The translations under genes were made by a program, and so were the position numbers. A DNA stretch of 60,682 nt from Fluviicoccus sp. (lineage in GTDB: Bacteria > Pseudomonadota > Gammaproteobacteria > Pseudomonadales > Moraxellaceae), in NCBI GenBank assembly GCA_041912575.1, contig JAYRMT010000001.1, positions 1 to 60,682 on the forward strand. Direction: 5' to 3'. The notes below the pieces were generated by a model, which saw only the letters and a list, made by a program, of their open reading frames with translations, was not told the DNA's origin and ran no database searches. Shown one piece after another: positions 38,337 to 49,341 of this stretch; within the stretch, counting starts at the first letter, position 1, and the number at the start of each line of letters is the position of its first letter.

Positions 38337-38353
38337 GCGTGATCTCCGAATGT

Positions 38354-40126
38354 CTAGTGCTGGTCCAGAATCCATTGCTCCGCCCGTTCGCGGGCGGCCC
38401 CGTCCCCGAGCGCGAGGCTGCAGGAATCAAAAGCGGCGGCCTTCAGGCGGACATCGAACGTCATCAGTTCGTCGCGCCGGAAAGCGTGGATGCAAAGGGT
38501 AGCATCCACGGCATAGGAGGCAATCGTTTTTTCCAGCGCGGACGACACTTTCAGACCATCTACGGCGATGATCGCGTCCCCGGCGGACAATCCGGCGGCT
38601 TCCGCCGCGCCGCCGCGCACCACCTGCTGGATCAGGAACGCCCCGTCCGACATCTGGCCGCGAATGCCGAGACTCGCCGCCGGACGTTCGCCGCCCGGCT
38701 CAGCACGTAGCGTGATCCGCACCCCGGCCTGTTCCAGCAGCGGTTTCAGCGGCAGTTCGGCGGTGCCGTACAGCCAGTCCGCCCATTTCCCCTCAAACGC
38801 GCCGGGCGCAAGCTCTTCGGCAATCTTCTGCACGCTGTCCGGTTCCACGCCGCGCCCCGTCCGGCCGTGTTCGCGCCACAGCCGCCGCATCAGCGTGTCC
38901 AGTGACGCCTGTCCTCCGGTCGCGTCGCGCAGGGTCAGGTCGATGCACAGCGCCACCAGCGATCCCTTCACGTAGTAGCTGACCACGCTGTTCGGCGTGT
39001 TCTCGTCCGGCTTGTAGTACTTGGTCCAGGCGTCGAAGCTAGAGTCCGTCACCGACTGCACGTACCGTCCGGGATTCTTCAGGTAGCGGGTGATCGTCTG
39101 GGCCAGCGTGTCGAGATATTCTTGCGGCGTCAGCACGCCCGCGCGCGCCAGCATCAGGTCGTCATAATAGGAAGTAAATCCCTCGAACACCCAGAGCAGC
39201 CGGGTGTAGTTCTCCTGCTCCCAGTCGGGCGGACACAGTTCCGCCGGGCGGATGCGTTTCACCAGCCAGGCGTGAAAGTACTCGTGACTGCACAGCCCGA
39301 GGAAGGCCTTGTACTTATCCGGCAGCGGATTGACGGACATTCCGGCCAGCGGCAGGTCGTCGCGGGAACACAGCAGGCTGGTGCTGTTGCGGTGCTCCAG
39401 CCCGCCATAGCCGTTGCCGACCGCCATCACCTGGAACAGGTAGTCCGTGAACGGCGCGGCATCCTGCCAGAAACCGATAATGGTCGAGCAGATGCGCGTC
39501 AGGTCGGCGGCCAGCCGCTCGCGGTCCGCCCGATGACGCCCGGTAATCGCCACGCGATGCGGCACTTCACATGCCTGAAAGCGGATATCCGTGAACAGGC
39601 CCATTTCAACCGGGTGATCGAGCAGCGTCTCGTAATCGGCGGCGCGATAGATGCCGAAACCGTTGCCGTCCACCTGCTGCGGTTCCAGTCCGGTCGCCAC
39701 CCGCCAGTCCTCGCTGCCCAGCGGCGGCATCAGCTCCAGGGTGACGGGCTCGGACTCCTGTCCGGCAACGCCCAGCAACAGGCAGGGCGGATTGAAATAG
39801 CCGTGGGTCTGGTCCAGATGGGAGCCGCGCACCGACAGGTCCCAGGCGTAGACGTCGTATTCGATCAGCAGCTCGCCATTCGTCGGGGCGACGAACCACC
39901 GGTTCTTTGCGATTTTCTTGACATCTAATAACAATCCTTGCGGGTTGCGCGCGCTTACACTCACAATATGCCGCGCGAAATCGCGGATCATGTAGCTGCC
40001 GAGAATCCAGTTCGGCAGCCAGAGCGTCTGTCCCCCGGGGTCCGGATGGGCAATACGCAGGGAAACAGTGAAGAAGTGACTGGCCGGATGCCGGGCCGAG
40101 ACCGTGTAATGGCGGTTTGCACGCAT
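38354..40126 (-). CDS. M61 family metallopeptidase with C-terminal PDZ domain
   Basis: W..GSYMIRDFAR, GGLEH, HEYFHAW, WVFEGFTSYY, PDZ-like tail. Confidence 0.92.
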   Translation of the reverse strand: MRANRHYTVSARHPASHFFTVSLRIAHPDPGGQTLWLPNWILGSYMIRDFARHIVSVSARNPQGLLLDVKKIAKNRWFVAPTNGELLIEYDVYAWDLSVRGSHLDQTHGYFNPPCLLLGVAGQESEPVTLELMPPLGSEDWRVATGLEPQQVDGNGFGIYRAADYETLLDHPVEMGLFTDIRFQACEVPHRVAITGRHRADRERLAADLTRICSTIIGFWQDAAPFTDYLFQVMAVGNGYGGLEHRNSTSLLCSRDDLPLAGMSVNPLPDKYKAFLGLCSHEYFHAWLVKRIRPAELCPPDWEQENYTRLLWVFEGFTSYYDDLMLARAGVLTPQEYLDTLAQTITRYLKNPGRYVQSVTDSSFDAWTKYYKPDENTPNSVVSYYVKGSLVALCIDLTLRDATGGQASLDTLMRRLWREHGRTGRGVEPDSVQKIAEELAPGAFEGKWADWLYGTAELPLKPLLEQAGVRITLRAEPGGERPAASLGIRGQMSDGAFLIQQVVRGGAAEAAGLSAGDAIIAVDGLKVSSALEKTIASYAVDATLCIHAFRRDELMTFDVRLKAAAFDSCSLALGDGAARERAEQWILDQH

Positions 40127-40159
40127 GACGGTTATCCACGAAGCGACACCGAGAGACTA

Positions 40160-41107
40160 ATGAAAAACCCCCACTTAAGCAAAGAGTCCACCCTGATCTA
40201 CCTCCCCTCGCCCGACGGTCACCGCATTCCCCTGCGGCACTGGCCCGTGGCGTCACCCCGCGCGGTCATCCACTGCGTGCACGGCATGGCGGAGCACAGC
40301 GGCAACTATGCGGACCTGGCGGAGTTCTTCAACCGGCACGGCTTCTCGGTGGTCGCGCACGACCATCGCTGCCACGGCCTCTCGGTGCAGAAGGAAGAAG
40401 ACCTTGGCGCGACCGACAGCGTCGAGAACTGGCCCGGCCTGCTGCCGGACATGCTGCTGATCAACAACTGGCTGCGCGCCACCTATACCGGCCTGCCGGT
40501 GATCGTCATCGGTCACAGCATGGGCTCCTTCGTAAGCCAGTGGTTCGCCCAGCATTACCCGGACCGGGTGAACGTGCTGGCACTGGCCGGTTCCGATTAC
40601 CTTCCGCCGTGGTTCACGCGAATTTCCAGCCGTGTCGCTTGCCTGGAATGCTGGCGCGGCGGACGCAACGGGCGCAGCGATGTCATCCACGGTCTCGGCT
40701 TCGGCAAATTCAACCAGGCCTTCCATCCGGCGCGCACCGAATTCGACTGGCTGAGCCGCGACGAAGCCTTCGTGGATCGCTATGTCGCCGATCCGCTGTG
40801 CGGCTTCCGCATGGCCAACGGCTACTGGATGGACATGCTCCGGACCCTGGCGGAAATCTACACGCCGTCCAATGTCGCCCGCCTCTCGCCCGGCCTGCCG
40901 GTCTACGTGGTGGCCGGCGACCGCGACCCGGTCGGCCACATGGGCAAGGGCGTCAAGCGTCTGGCCCGCCTGCTGGAGAAGCGCGGTCACGCCAAGGTCA
41001 CCCTGGCGCTGTATCCCGGCGCTCGCCATGACATCCTGCACGAAACCAATGCCGACGAAGTGCGCGGCAAGCTGCTCGACTGGATCAACACCCACCTTCC
41101 CGCCTGA
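40160..41107 (+). CDS. Alpha/beta hydrolase, lysophospholipase-like
   Basis: HGMAEH, DHRCHG, GHSMGS, DWLSRD...DPLCGF, ARHDIL. Confidence 0.88.
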   Translation: MKNPHLSKESTLIYLPSPDGHRIPLRHWPVASPRAVIHCVHGMAEHSGNYADLAEFFNRHGFSVVAHDHRCHGLSVQKEEDLGATDSVENWPGLLPDMLLINNWLRATYTGLPVIVIGHSMGSFVSQWFAQHYPDRVNVLALAGSDYLPPWFTRISSRVACLECWRGGRNGRSDVIHGLGFGKFNQAFHPARTEFDWLSRDEAFVDRYVADPLCGFRMANGYWMDMLRTLAEIYTPSNVARLSPGLPVYVVAGDRDPVGHMGKGVKRLARLLEKRGHAKVTLALYPGARHDILHETNADEVRGKLLDWINTHLPA

Positions 41108-41353
41108 TCCTGGGTCTTCACGCGACCTATGCATGCAAAATGCACAGGTCGCGCGCTCCCGCTTGCGTGCCTCCTTTCCGATCCGTAGAATCCGCGCCGT
41201 TTTGTTCCCGGCGCCCGGCCACAAGCCCGGACGCTCCCTGACGCCTTACCCTAGGCGTATCGCTGCACCCTAACGATAACTCCGACAATCCAGAGTGATG
41301 CCAACAGCGCATGGCAGTGCGTTGCTGTGATCATTTTGACTTTCGGAAACATC

Positions 41354-42637
41354 ATGCGTAATCCACACCGTATCGTGATTGTCGGCGGCGGCGCCGGCGG
41401 ACTGGAACTGGCAACGCAACTGGGCCATCGTTTCGGCAAAAAAGGCAAAGCCAAAGTCATCCTGGTGGACGCCCAGCTGACCCACATCTGGAAGCCCCTG
41501 CTGCACGAAGTCGCGGCCGGAACGCTTAACTCCTACGAGGATGAGCTGAATTACTTCGCGCACGGCTCGCGCCATCACTTCGAGTTCCAGCTGGGCCGCA
41601 TGACCGGTCTCGACCGCGACAGCCGCCGCATCCGGCTCGCACCGCTTCAGGACGAACAGGGTCAGGAGATCGCGCCCGGACGCGATCTCGCCTATGACAC
41701 GCTGGTGATGGCCATCGGCTCCACCGCCAATGATTTCGGCACTCCCGGCGCGCGCGAACACTGCATTTTCCTGGACTCGCGCCCGCAGGCCGACCGCTTC
41801 CAGCAACAGTTCCTGAACATGTATCTGCAAGCACATGCCCTGGGCAGCAACGACACGATGCCGCCCGGCCTGAACATCGCCATCATCGGCGCGGGCGCGA
41901 CCGGCGTCGAATTGGCGGCGGAACTGCATCACGCGGCGCACGAGTTCGAACGCTACGGGCTCGACGACATCCCGCCGCAGCACCTGATCGAAGCCGCGGA
42001 TCGCATCCTGCCGGTGCTGTCGCCCAAGACCTCCGCCGCAGCGCAGCGACAACTGGAGCAACTGGGCGTGCAGGTGCTGACCTCCACGCGAGTCAAGGCC
42101 ATCCATGCCGACGGCGTGGAATGCGAAGGCGACCGGCTGGTGCCGGCCAGCCTGCGTGTCTGGGCCGCCGGGATCAAGGCGCCGGAGTTTCTGGACGGTC
42201 TGGGGCTTGAGACCAACCGGATACACCAGCTGGTGGTGCGCCAGACGCTTCAGGTCACCCGCGACGACCACATTTTTGCGATGGGCGATTGCGCCAGTTG
42301 CACCCTGCCCGGCTCGGAAAGGCCGGTGCCTCCGCGCGCGCAAGTGGCGCACCAGCAAGCGGTTTTCCTGGTCAAGGCGCTCCGCGCCCGTCTGGAAGGA
42401 CGCCCACTGCCCGCGTTCGCGTTCAGCGACATGGGATCGCTGGTTTCGCTCAGCGCCTCCGGCTCCGTGGGACATATCGCGGGGAACATCAATGTACAGG
42501 GACGACTGGCCCGGCTGATGTACGTGACCCTGTACCGCCTGCACCAGAAGGCGCTGCACGGCTTGCTCAAAGCGGCGGTGATCTTTTTCAAGGACCAGTT
42601 GAGCCGTACATCGGGACCGACGCTCAAGCTCCATTGA
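41354..42637 (+). CDS. ndh: Type II NADH dehydrogenase
   Basis: GGGAGGLEL, WKPLLHEVAAG, GAGATGVELAAE, VWAAG, PPRAQVAHQQA. Confidence 0.9.
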   Translation: MRNPHRIVIVGGGAGGLELATQLGHRFGKKGKAKVILVDAQLTHIWKPLLHEVAAGTLNSYEDELNYFAHGSRHHFEFQLGRMTGLDRDSRRIRLAPLQDEQGQEIAPGRDLAYDTLVMAIGSTANDFGTPGAREHCIFLDSRPQADRFQQQFLNMYLQAHALGSNDTMPPGLNIAIIGAGATGVELAAELHHAAHEFERYGLDDIPPQHLIEAADRILPVLSPKTSAAAQRQLEQLGVQVLTSTRVKAIHADGVECEGDRLVPASLRVWAAGIKAPEFLDGLGLETNRIHQLVVRQTLQVTRDDHIFAMGDCASCTLPGSERPVPPRAQVAHQQAVFLVKALRARLEGRPLPAFAFSDMGSLVSLSASGSVGHIAGNINVQGRLARLMYVTLYRLHQKALHGLLKAAVIFFKDQLSRTSGPTLKLH

Positions 42638-42734
42638 GCATACCGACATTCAACGAAACAGCCGCGCAAGGCCTGCCGGGATCGGTTATGATTCCGGCTT
42701 TCATCAACCGGCCCCCGGGCCTTCAAGGTACATC

Positions 42735-43217
42735 ATGCAAATTGCCAACAACAGCGTGGTCGCTATTGCCTACACCCTGACCGATAACGACGGACAGGTC
42801 ATTGACACTTCCGCCGGTGGCGAGCCGCTGGTTTATCTCCATGGCGCGCAAAACATCATTCCCGGTCTGGAAAAGGCCCTGGTCGGCAAAGTTGTCGGCG
42901 ACAAGCTGACCGTCAAGGTCGAACCGGGCGAAGGCTACGGCGAATACAATCCGCAACTGGTGCAAGTGGTGCCCAAGCACCTGTTCGCCGGTGTGGAGCA
43001 AGTGGAAGTCGGCATGCAGTTCCATGCCCAGACCGATCACGGCATGCAGGTCGTGACCATCGCCGCCGTGGAAGGCGACGACATCACCGTGGACGGCAAC
43101 CACCCGCTCGCCGGCGTGCCGCTGAACTTCGACGTCGAAGTCATGTCCATCCGCACCGCCAGCCAGGAAGAACTGGATCATGGCCACGTGCATGGCGCGG
43201 GCGGCCATCACCACTGA
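42735..43217 (+). CDS. slyD: FKBP-type peptidyl-prolyl isomerase SlyD
   Basis: YLHG..NIIPGLE, VDGNHPLAG, His-rich tail HGHVHGAGGHHH. Confidence 0.95.
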   Translation: MQIANNSVVAIAYTLTDNDGQVIDTSAGGEPLVYLHGAQNIIPGLEKALVGKVVGDKLTVKVEPGEGYGEYNPQLVQVVPKHLFAGVEQVEVGMQFHAQTDHGMQVVTIAAVEGDDITVDGNHPLAGVPLNFDVEVMSIRTASQEELDHGHVHGAGGHHH

Positions 43218-43238
43218 TGCGCCGGCCTCGGCCAAAGC

Positions 43239-43267
43239 AAAAAGGGCGATCAGATGATCGCCCTTTC
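43239..43267. terminator. Bidirectional terminator between slyD and ompW
   Basis: AAAAAGGGCGATCA-GA-TGATCGCCCTTT. Confidence 0.8.
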
Positions 43268-43284
43268 TGTTTCCGTGGAAGCGA

Positions 43285-43929
43285 TCAGTAGTGATAGACC
43301 GCGCTCACGCCCAGCACCAGCGGATCGACTTCCAGAGCGCCGATCTTGGAGCCGTTCAGCTTCAGGTCGCTCTTGATCTTGATGTAGCGCAGGTCCGCCG
43401 CGACACCCCACTGGCTGCCCGCAGGACGGTACTCCGCACCGATCAGCACGGCGGGACCGAAGCTGTCAGAGGCCGACAAAGCGTTACCGGCAATCGGACC
43501 AACAGCTGTCTCGCCCCAAGTCTTGGTGTAGTTCAGACCGACGCCGACATACGGCAGGAAGCCTTCCTTGCCGGCCATACGGTATTTCACGGTCACCGTC
43601 GGGGGCAGATGCTTGAACTCGCCGATCTTGATGCCGTTGGTCTTCACATCGTGACTGAACGGCAGGGCCAGCAGGACTTCGGTGGACAGCGTGTCGCTGA
43701 TCAGATACTCAATCGAAGGCGTCAGGTTATATTCCTTGCTGACTTCGATGCTGGGATTCGTGACGCCAAGCGTGGCCACGGTCGCCTTCAGATCGGAGTC
43801 CCCGTTCTGGCTTTTCGGCTTCACATAGCTGGCGCCGAGTTTCACAACCCAAGGAGACTCACCGGCGCTGGCCAGCATCGGCAGACCGGCAATCAGGGCG
43901 GCAGCGGTAACGAGGGACAAGGTACGCAT
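43285..43929 (-). CDS. ompW: OmpW family outer-membrane protein
   Basis: Signal peptide; LALPFSHD, KHLPPT, PYVGVGLNYT, VDPLV. Confidence 0.9.
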   Translation of the reverse strand: MRTLSLVTAAALIAGLPMLASAGESPWVVKLGASYVKPKSQNGDSDLKATVATLGVTNPSIEVSKEYNLTPSIEYLISDTLSTEVLLALPFSHDVKTNGIKIGEFKHLPPTVTVKYRMAGKEGFLPYVGVGLNYTKTWGETAVGPIAGNALSASDSFGPAVLIGAEYRPAGSQWGVAADLRYIKIKSDLKLNGSKIGALEVDPLVLGVSAVYHY

Positions 43930-44037
43930 AGAGTTTCTCCAATTTCCTGAAAATTCTGTAACTACAGTTACGAATGTACATACCTTGTTTCGATTTTTCC
44001 ACAATTTTTATAGGCCTATAGTTTGAATGGTTATTTA

Positions 44038-44051
44038 TTGATCAATATCAA
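44038..44051. promoter_or_regulatory. FNR/ANR box upstream of ompW
   Basis: Perfect TTGAT-CAAT-ATCAA consensus; TATAAA on the minus strand at 44012-44007. Confidence 0.8.
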
Positions 44052-44088
44052 GATGCCGTGAAATCACGTGCCAAATGAAAACAAAGGC

Positions 44089-45099
44089 TTAGACGAGATC
44101 GGGTTCGATTTCCAGCATGACTCCGAAGCGGGCCAACACATCCGCGCGAATGGCTTGCGCCAGCCCGAGGATGTCGTCACTGTCCGCATCGCCGGGATTG
44201 ACCAGCACCAGCGCCTGATCGCGATGCACGGCCGCGCGGCCGAGGGACCTGCCTTTCCAGCCGCACTGATCAATCAGCCAGCCTGCCGCCAGCTTGACGC
44301 GCTCGCCCTGTTCATAGAAGGGGGCACCGGGATGAATAACCTGAAGGGCCGCCAGGGTTTCACGGCTGACCACCGGATTCTTGAAGAAGCTGCCGGCGTT
44401 GCCGATCACTGCCGGGTCCGGCAATTTGGACCGCCGGATCGCCATGACCGCGCGGGCCACGTCGCGGGGTCCCGGATTCGTCACCCCGGAGGCTTCCAGG
44501 GTTCGCCGGATGTCCCCGTAGCCAAGACGAGGGGCGGCCTTTCGCGACAGGCGGAACCGGACCGCGACAATGACCCAGCGGTCGCGCTCCCCCTGCTTGA
44601 AGACACTGTCCCGATAGCCGAAGCGGCATTCCTCGAGGCTGAACTCGCGGAGTTCGCCGGTCTGCCGCGCCATGGCGGTCAAGGACACCATGATATCCTT
44701 GATTTCGACGCCGTAGGCGCCGATGTTCTGCACAGGCGCCGCACCCACGGTGCCGGGAATCAGTGACAGGTTTTCGAGGCCGTACCAGCCGCGGGCCAGG
44801 CAGCTCTGGACAAAACCATGCCAGTTTTCACCTGCCGCCGCCTCGACGACGACGGCATCGCCCTGCTCCTCGACCACGCGGATGCCGCGCAGGTCGGGAC
44901 GGATGACCAGGCCCGCGAAATCCCCGCGCAGGATGATGTTGCTGCCGCCGCCCAGGACCAGCACCGGAAGATTCCGTGCCGTAACGCTGGTCAGGTAATA
45001 ACGCAGTTCCTCCCGTGAGGCCGCCATCGCAAGATAATGTGCCTTTCCGGGCAGACGCAGGGTGTTGAGATGACGCAGGGGGGCATTTTCGCGGAACAT
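44089..45099 (-). CDS. murB: UDP-N-acetylmuramate dehydrogenase
   Basis: LGGGSN, LENLSLIPGTVGAAPVQNIGAYG, FGYRDS, GNAGSFFKNP. Confidence 0.96.
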   Translation of the reverse strand: MFRENAPLRHLNTLRLPGKAHYLAMAASREELRYYLTSVTARNLPVLVLGGGSNIILRGDFAGLVIRPDLRGIRVVEEQGDAVVVEAAAGENWHGFVQSCLARGWYGLENLSLIPGTVGAAPVQNIGAYGVEIKDIMVSLTAMARQTGELREFSLEECRFGYRDSVFKQGERDRWVIVAVRFRLSRKAAPRLGYGDIRRTLEASGVTNPGPRDVARAVMAIRRSKLPDPAVIGNAGSFFKNPVVSRETLAALQVIHPGAPFYEQGERVKLAAGWLIDQCGWKGRSLGRAAVHRDQALVLVNPGDADSDDILGLAQAIRADVLARFGVMLEIEPDLV

Positions 45100-45108
45100 G
45101 TTGTCAAC

Positions 45109-45615
45109 CTAGCAGCCGCAGTGGGTAAGCCCTTTTTCTTCCAGCAGCTTCCTCAGCAGATTGGCGGCGGCAATCTCGGCCAAGTCCAGCACATGTTCGA
45201 AATCCTGATCCTCGCCTCCGTAGGGATCGGGAACCTCCTGCCCTTCCTTGCCCGGATAATAATCAAGGAAATACTGCAGCTTGGCCTTGGGGTTACGACT
45301 GAAACTCCGCGCCTTCTCCATCTCCCTCATGTTCTTGCGGTCCATGACCAGCACATAGTCGAAGCGTTCGAAATCCAGCGGTGAGATGAAGCGTGCGCGC
45401 AGCTTGGAGAGGTCGTAACCGCGGGCCTTGGCGAACCTCTGGGCGCGACGCTCGGGAGGTTCGCCCACGTAATAGGCGGCGGTGCCTGCGGAATCGATCT
45501 TGAACAGATCCTGCCAGCCGGACTTTTCCACCATTGTCCTGAAAACGCCTTCCGCCGTCGGCGACCGGCAAATGTTGCCCAGACAGACAAACAGGACCGC
45601 AATCTTTTCACTCAT
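45109..45615 (-). CDS. Low-molecular-weight protein tyrosine phosphatase
   Basis: CLGNICRS P-loop, DSAGT, VPDPY. Confidence 0.93.
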   Translation of the reverse strand: MSEKIAVLFVCLGNICRSPTAEGVFRTMVEKSGWQDLFKIDSAGTAAYYVGEPPERRAQRFAKARGYDLSKLRARFISPLDFERFDYVLVMDRKNMREMEKARSFSRNPKAKLQYFLDYYPGKEGQEVPDPYGGEDQDFEHVLDLAEIAAANLLRKLLEEKGLTHCGC

Positions 45616-46390
45616 CAGGGGTACCTTTTTCGAACAGGCCACGGACACGATCCAGATCCGCCTGCGTGTCCACGCCGGGCGGCAAGTTGGCCGCCGCGAT
45701 ATCCACATGAATCCCGGCGCCGTTGGCGAGTGCGCGGAGTTGCTCGAGCGCCTCCAGCTGTTCGAGGATGGCGGGAGGCCATTCGACATAACGGTGGAGG
45801 AAGCCGACGCGATACGCATAGATTCCCAGATGCCGCAGATAGACATCGTTCACGGCGGGCAGTGCCCCGAGGCCGCTCTGGAAGGCGTCGCGCGCCCACG
45901 GAATGGGCGCGCGACTGAAGTAGAGGGCCCTGTTGCGGCAGTCGCGCACCAGCTTGACGATATTCGGATTCGCCAGTTGCGCAACGTCGTGCAGCGGTTC
46001 GGCCAGCGTGGCAATCGCGGCGTCCGGAGCGGCGGCAAGATTGGCGGCCACCTGATCAATCACGGCGGCCGGAATCAGGGGTTCGTCGCCCTGAACGTTA
46101 ACGACGATCTCGTCATCCCCCCAGCCTTTCAAGCGGGCAACTTCCTGCAAGCGGTCCGTCCCCGACGGATGATCCGGCGAGGTCATCACCCACGGGGCGC
46201 CCGCCTGCTCGGCGGCCTGCGCGATCCGCTCGTCATCGGTGGCGATCAGCACACTGGCGGCGCCGCTGTGCACGGCGCGCTCATAGACGCGGATCACCAT
46301 CGGCTTGCCGGCGATATCCAGCAAGGGCTTGCCCGGCAGGCGGCTGGAGCCGAAGCGCGCGGGGATGACGACATGGAACGGCGGGATCAT
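45608..46390 (-). CDS. kdsB: 3-deoxy-manno-octulosonate cytidylyltransferase
   Basis: [34 protein letters not shown]. Confidence 0.96.
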   Translation of the reverse strand: MIPPFHVVIPARFGSSRLPGKPLLDIAGKPMVIRVYERAVHSGAASVLIATDDERIAQAAEQAGAPWVMTSPDHPSGTDRLQEVARLKGWGDDEIVVNVQGDEPLIPAAVIDQVAANLAAAPDAAIATLAEPLHDVAQLANPNIVKLVRDCRNRALYFSRAPIPWARDAFQSGLGALPAVNDVYLRHLGIYAYRVGFLHRYVEWPPAILEQLEALEQLRALANGAGIHVDIAAANLPPGVDTQADLDRVRGLFEKGTPDE

Positions 46391-46401
46391 CGACTGTCTC
46401 C

Positions 46402-46587
46402 TCAAGCCAGCTTTTCATCGAGCGACAGGGTACGCGCCTCGTTCTCCAGCATGACCGGGATTCCGTCACGGATCGGGAAGGCCAGGCTGTCGGCGCGACA
46501 GACGAGCTCCTGGCGCGCGGCGTCGTAATGCAGCGGCCCCTTGCACAGGGGGCAAACGAGAATGGCCAGCAGTTTCTTATCCAGCAT
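46402..46587 (-). CDS. ycaR: Trm112 family protein
   Basis: [10 protein letters not shown]...[14 protein letters not shown], between lpxK and kdsB. Confidence 0.92.
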   Translation of the reverse strand: MLDKKLLAILVCPLCKGPLHYDAARQELVCRADSLAFPIRDGIPVMLENEARTLSLDEKLA

Positions 46588-47596
46588 GATCGCGTGACTC
46601 CAGCAAAGGCGCGAGGCGCTCGCGCAGGAAATTTTCGAAATCCGGCCCGAGTTCGGCCGTCACCGGCAGCACCCAGGCATCCAGATCGGTAAAGCGGCTG
46701 CACTTGACCGCATCCTTGGCAGTCATCACCAGTGGCGCGCCGGTCAAGACCAGTTCTTCGCGCCGGAAATCATGATGATCCGGAAAGGGATGCGGAATGA
46801 CCTTGAACCCCAAGGACTCCAGCGTCCGGAAAAACCGGTCGGGATTGCCGATGCCCGCCACGGCGTGCACGGTATCGCCCGGCAGGGGCGCCGGACCGCT
46901 CTGCTCATGAAGCGGCGTCAGCGCGTCGGGAACCAGCCCCATGACAAACACCGGTGCGCTGGTCCGGGTTCGCCATAACGCGGCCTGCGCTTCGACCCCG
47001 TTGATGATGACCGCATCGACCGTCCCGAGGCGACCGGCGGATTCACGCAACGGACCTTGCGGCAGCAGGCGGCCGTTGCCGAGCCCGCGCGCCCCGTCGA
47101 TCACCACCAGTTCCAGGTCGCGCGCCAGCGCCAGATGCTGGAGCCCGTCATCGCAGACCACCGTATCCCCCAGCCCCTGCGCCAGAGCCCAGGCCGCTCC
47201 GCGTCCGCGACGGGGGTCCACCACCACCGGCGCGCCGGTCTGGCGGCAAAGCATCAGCGGTTCATCGCCCGTCACATCGGGCATGCTGTCCGGGCCGACC
47301 AGCAAGGGGTAATGTCCCGCATGTCCGCCGTAACCGCGGCTGATGACCACCGGCCTGCGGCCCAACCGGCGCAACTGGTTGACAATCGCGCCGGTCAGCG
47401 GCGTCTTGCCGGCGCCGCCCGCCGTGATGTTGCCGATCACGATCACCGGTGCGGCCGCGCGGTAAACGCGCAGGATCCCCGACCGGTACAGCCACCGCCG
47501 GACCCGTGCGACAAAACCATACAGCCAAGCCAGCGGGGCCAGCCCGTACAGCCGGCTGCCCGGTCGATACCAGGCCTCGACCAGGCCCCGGCTCAT
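46577..47596 (-). CDS. lpxK: Tetraacyldisaccharide 4'-kinase
   Basis: [37 protein letters not shown]. Confidence 0.95.
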   Translation of the reverse strand: MSRGLVEAWYRPGSRLYGLAPLAWLYGFVARVRRWLYRSGILRVYRAAAPVIVIGNITAGGAGKTPLTGAIVNQLRRLGRRPVVISRGYGGHAGHYPLLVGPDSMPDVTGDEPLMLCRQTGAPVVVDPRRGRGAAWALAQGLGDTVVCDDGLQHLALARDLELVVIDGARGLGNGRLLPQGPLRESAGRLGTVDAVIINGVEAQAALWRTRTSAPVFVMGLVPDALTPLHEQSGPAPLPGDTVHAVAGIGNPDRFFRTLESLGFKVIPHPFPDHHDFRREELVLTGAPLVMTAKDAVKCSRFTDLDAWVLPVTAELGPDFENFLRERLAPLLESRDHAG

Positions 47597-49341
47597 CCGT
47601 CTTCCCCGACCACATCCTCGAACTGGCGGCTGTGCAACTGGGCGTAGAGACCGCCCTTCGCCAGGAGGTCGGCGTGCGTGCCGGTCTCGACAATGCGGCC
47701 CTTTTCCATGACAACAATCAGGTCGGCGCGCTCGATGGTGGACAGGCGGTGGGCGATCACCAACGTCGTACGGTCTTTCATCACCCCTTCCAGGGCTGCC
47801 TGGATGTAGTACTCCGACTCGTTGTCGAGGGCGCTGGTCGCTTCGTCAAGAATCAGGATCGGCGCATCCTTGAGCAACGCGCGCGCGATGGCGATGCGCT
47901 GGCGCTGACCGCCGGACAATTGCGTGCCGTCCTGACCGATGCGGGTACGGTATCCCTCGGGCAGCTTCTCGATGAACTCGTGCGCGTAGGCCGCGCGCGC
48001 CCCCGCCGCGATCTCGCTTTCCGGTCGATCGCCGAGCGCACCGTAGGCGATATTCGCCGCAATGGTGGTATCAAACAACGCCACTTTCTGGCTGACCGTG
48101 GAAATCTGCCGCCGCAGGCAAGCAAGACTGAAATCCTCGACCGGGTGACCGTCGATCAGCACCGTGCCGGCCGGCGCGTCATAGAACCGCGGCAACAGAT
48201 TGACCAGCGTGCTTTTGCCGGAGCCGGAACGCCCCACCAGCGCCACGGTCTGTCCGGGCAGTACGTGCAGGTTGATGTCGCGCAGCACCGGCTCGCCTTC
48301 ATCATAGGCAAAGCTGAGGTGACGGATTTCGATTTCACCGCGCACGCGACCGGCATCCAGACGCCCTTCATCGCGCTCGCCGGGGGTATCCAGCAGATCA
48401 AACACCGACTGGGCGGCCGATATGCCGCGCTGGATCTTTTCGTTGACATCGGTCAGGGAGCGCATGGGCTTGGAAAGCAAGCCCGCCGCTGTGATGTAGG
48501 CGACAAAGGTACCGGCGGAGACATCGCCCAGGATGCCCGGTTGCAGCGCCATCCAGACCACGCCGCTCATCGCGATTGCCATCAGCAGCTGCACCAGCGG
48601 CGTGTTCAGCGACGAGGTCACCACCATCTTCATGCTCTGGCGCAGGTTCTCTTCGGAGGCCGTATCAAAGCGCTTGCGCTCGAAGTCCTCACCGCCGTAG
48701 CTCTTCACCACCTGGAAGGCGTTGATCGTTTCGTTGGTGATATGGCTGACATCGCCCATGGAGTTCTGGATGCGGTGCGACAGCTTGCGGAAACGCTGGC
48801 TGGCCTTGCGCACCAGCACGCCGACAAACGGCCCGATCAGCAGCAGCGACAGCGACAGCCGCCAGTTGGTCCAGAACAGGTAACCCAGAAGCCCGATGAC
48901 CACGGAGCCTTCGCGCACGAGTGTTTTCAGCGCCTCGGTGGCGGCGCCGGTCACCTGCTCGACGTCGTAGACCAGCTTGGCGCTGAGATGACCGGAGGAG
49001 TGAATCTGGAAATAACGGGTCGGCAGGGTCAGCAGCTTGTCGAAAAGCTGCTTGCGCATCACGTAAACCACATTGCGCGCGACCATGGACAGGAAATAGT
49101 TGCCCATGAAGGTGCCGACGCCGCGGAACAGGAAGATCAGCACGATCAGCACGGGAAACAGGTTTTTTGCCGACTGATCCTTGTTCTGGATCGCGTTGAT
49201 GACGAATTTGACCAGTTGCGCGCCCGCCCATTCGGTCTGCGCATTGATGATGAAACCGAGGATGCCGAGCAGGAAAGCGCCCCACATCGCCTTGCTGTAG
49301 CCCAGCAGGCGCACATACACCTGGAAACCGGAAGCAGGCAT
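47593..49341 (-). CDS. msbA: Lipid A flippase MsbA
   Basis: ABC TMD plus NBD ([24 protein letters not shown]); adjacent to lpxK. Confidence 0.95.
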   Translation of the reverse strand: MPASGFQVYVRLLGYSKAMWGAFLLGILGFIINAQTEWAGAQLVKFVINAIQNKDQSAKNLFPVLIVLIFLFRGVGTFMGNYFLSMVARNVVYVMRKQLFDKLLTLPTRYFQIHSSGHLSAKLVYDVEQVTGAATEALKTLVREGSVVIGLLGYLFWTNWRLSLSLLLIGPFVGVLVRKASQRFRKLSHRIQNSMGDVSHITNETINAFQVVKSYGGEDFERKRFDTASEENLRQSMKMVVTSSLNTPLVQLLMAIAMSGVVWMALQPGILGDVSAGTFVAYITAAGLLSKPMRSLTDVNEKIQRGISAAQSVFDLLDTPGERDEGRLDAGRVRGEIEIRHLSFAYDEGEPVLRDINLHVLPGQTVALVGRSGSGKSTLVNLLPRFYDAPAGTVLIDGHPVEDFSLACLRRQISTVSQKVALFDTTIAANIAYGALGDRPESEIAAGARAAYAHEFIEKLPEGYRTRIGQDGTQLSGGQRQRIAIARALLKDAPILILDEATSALDNESEYYIQAALEGVMKDRTTLVIAHRLSTIERADLIVVMEKGRIVETGTHADLLAKGGLYAQLHSRQFEDVVGEDG

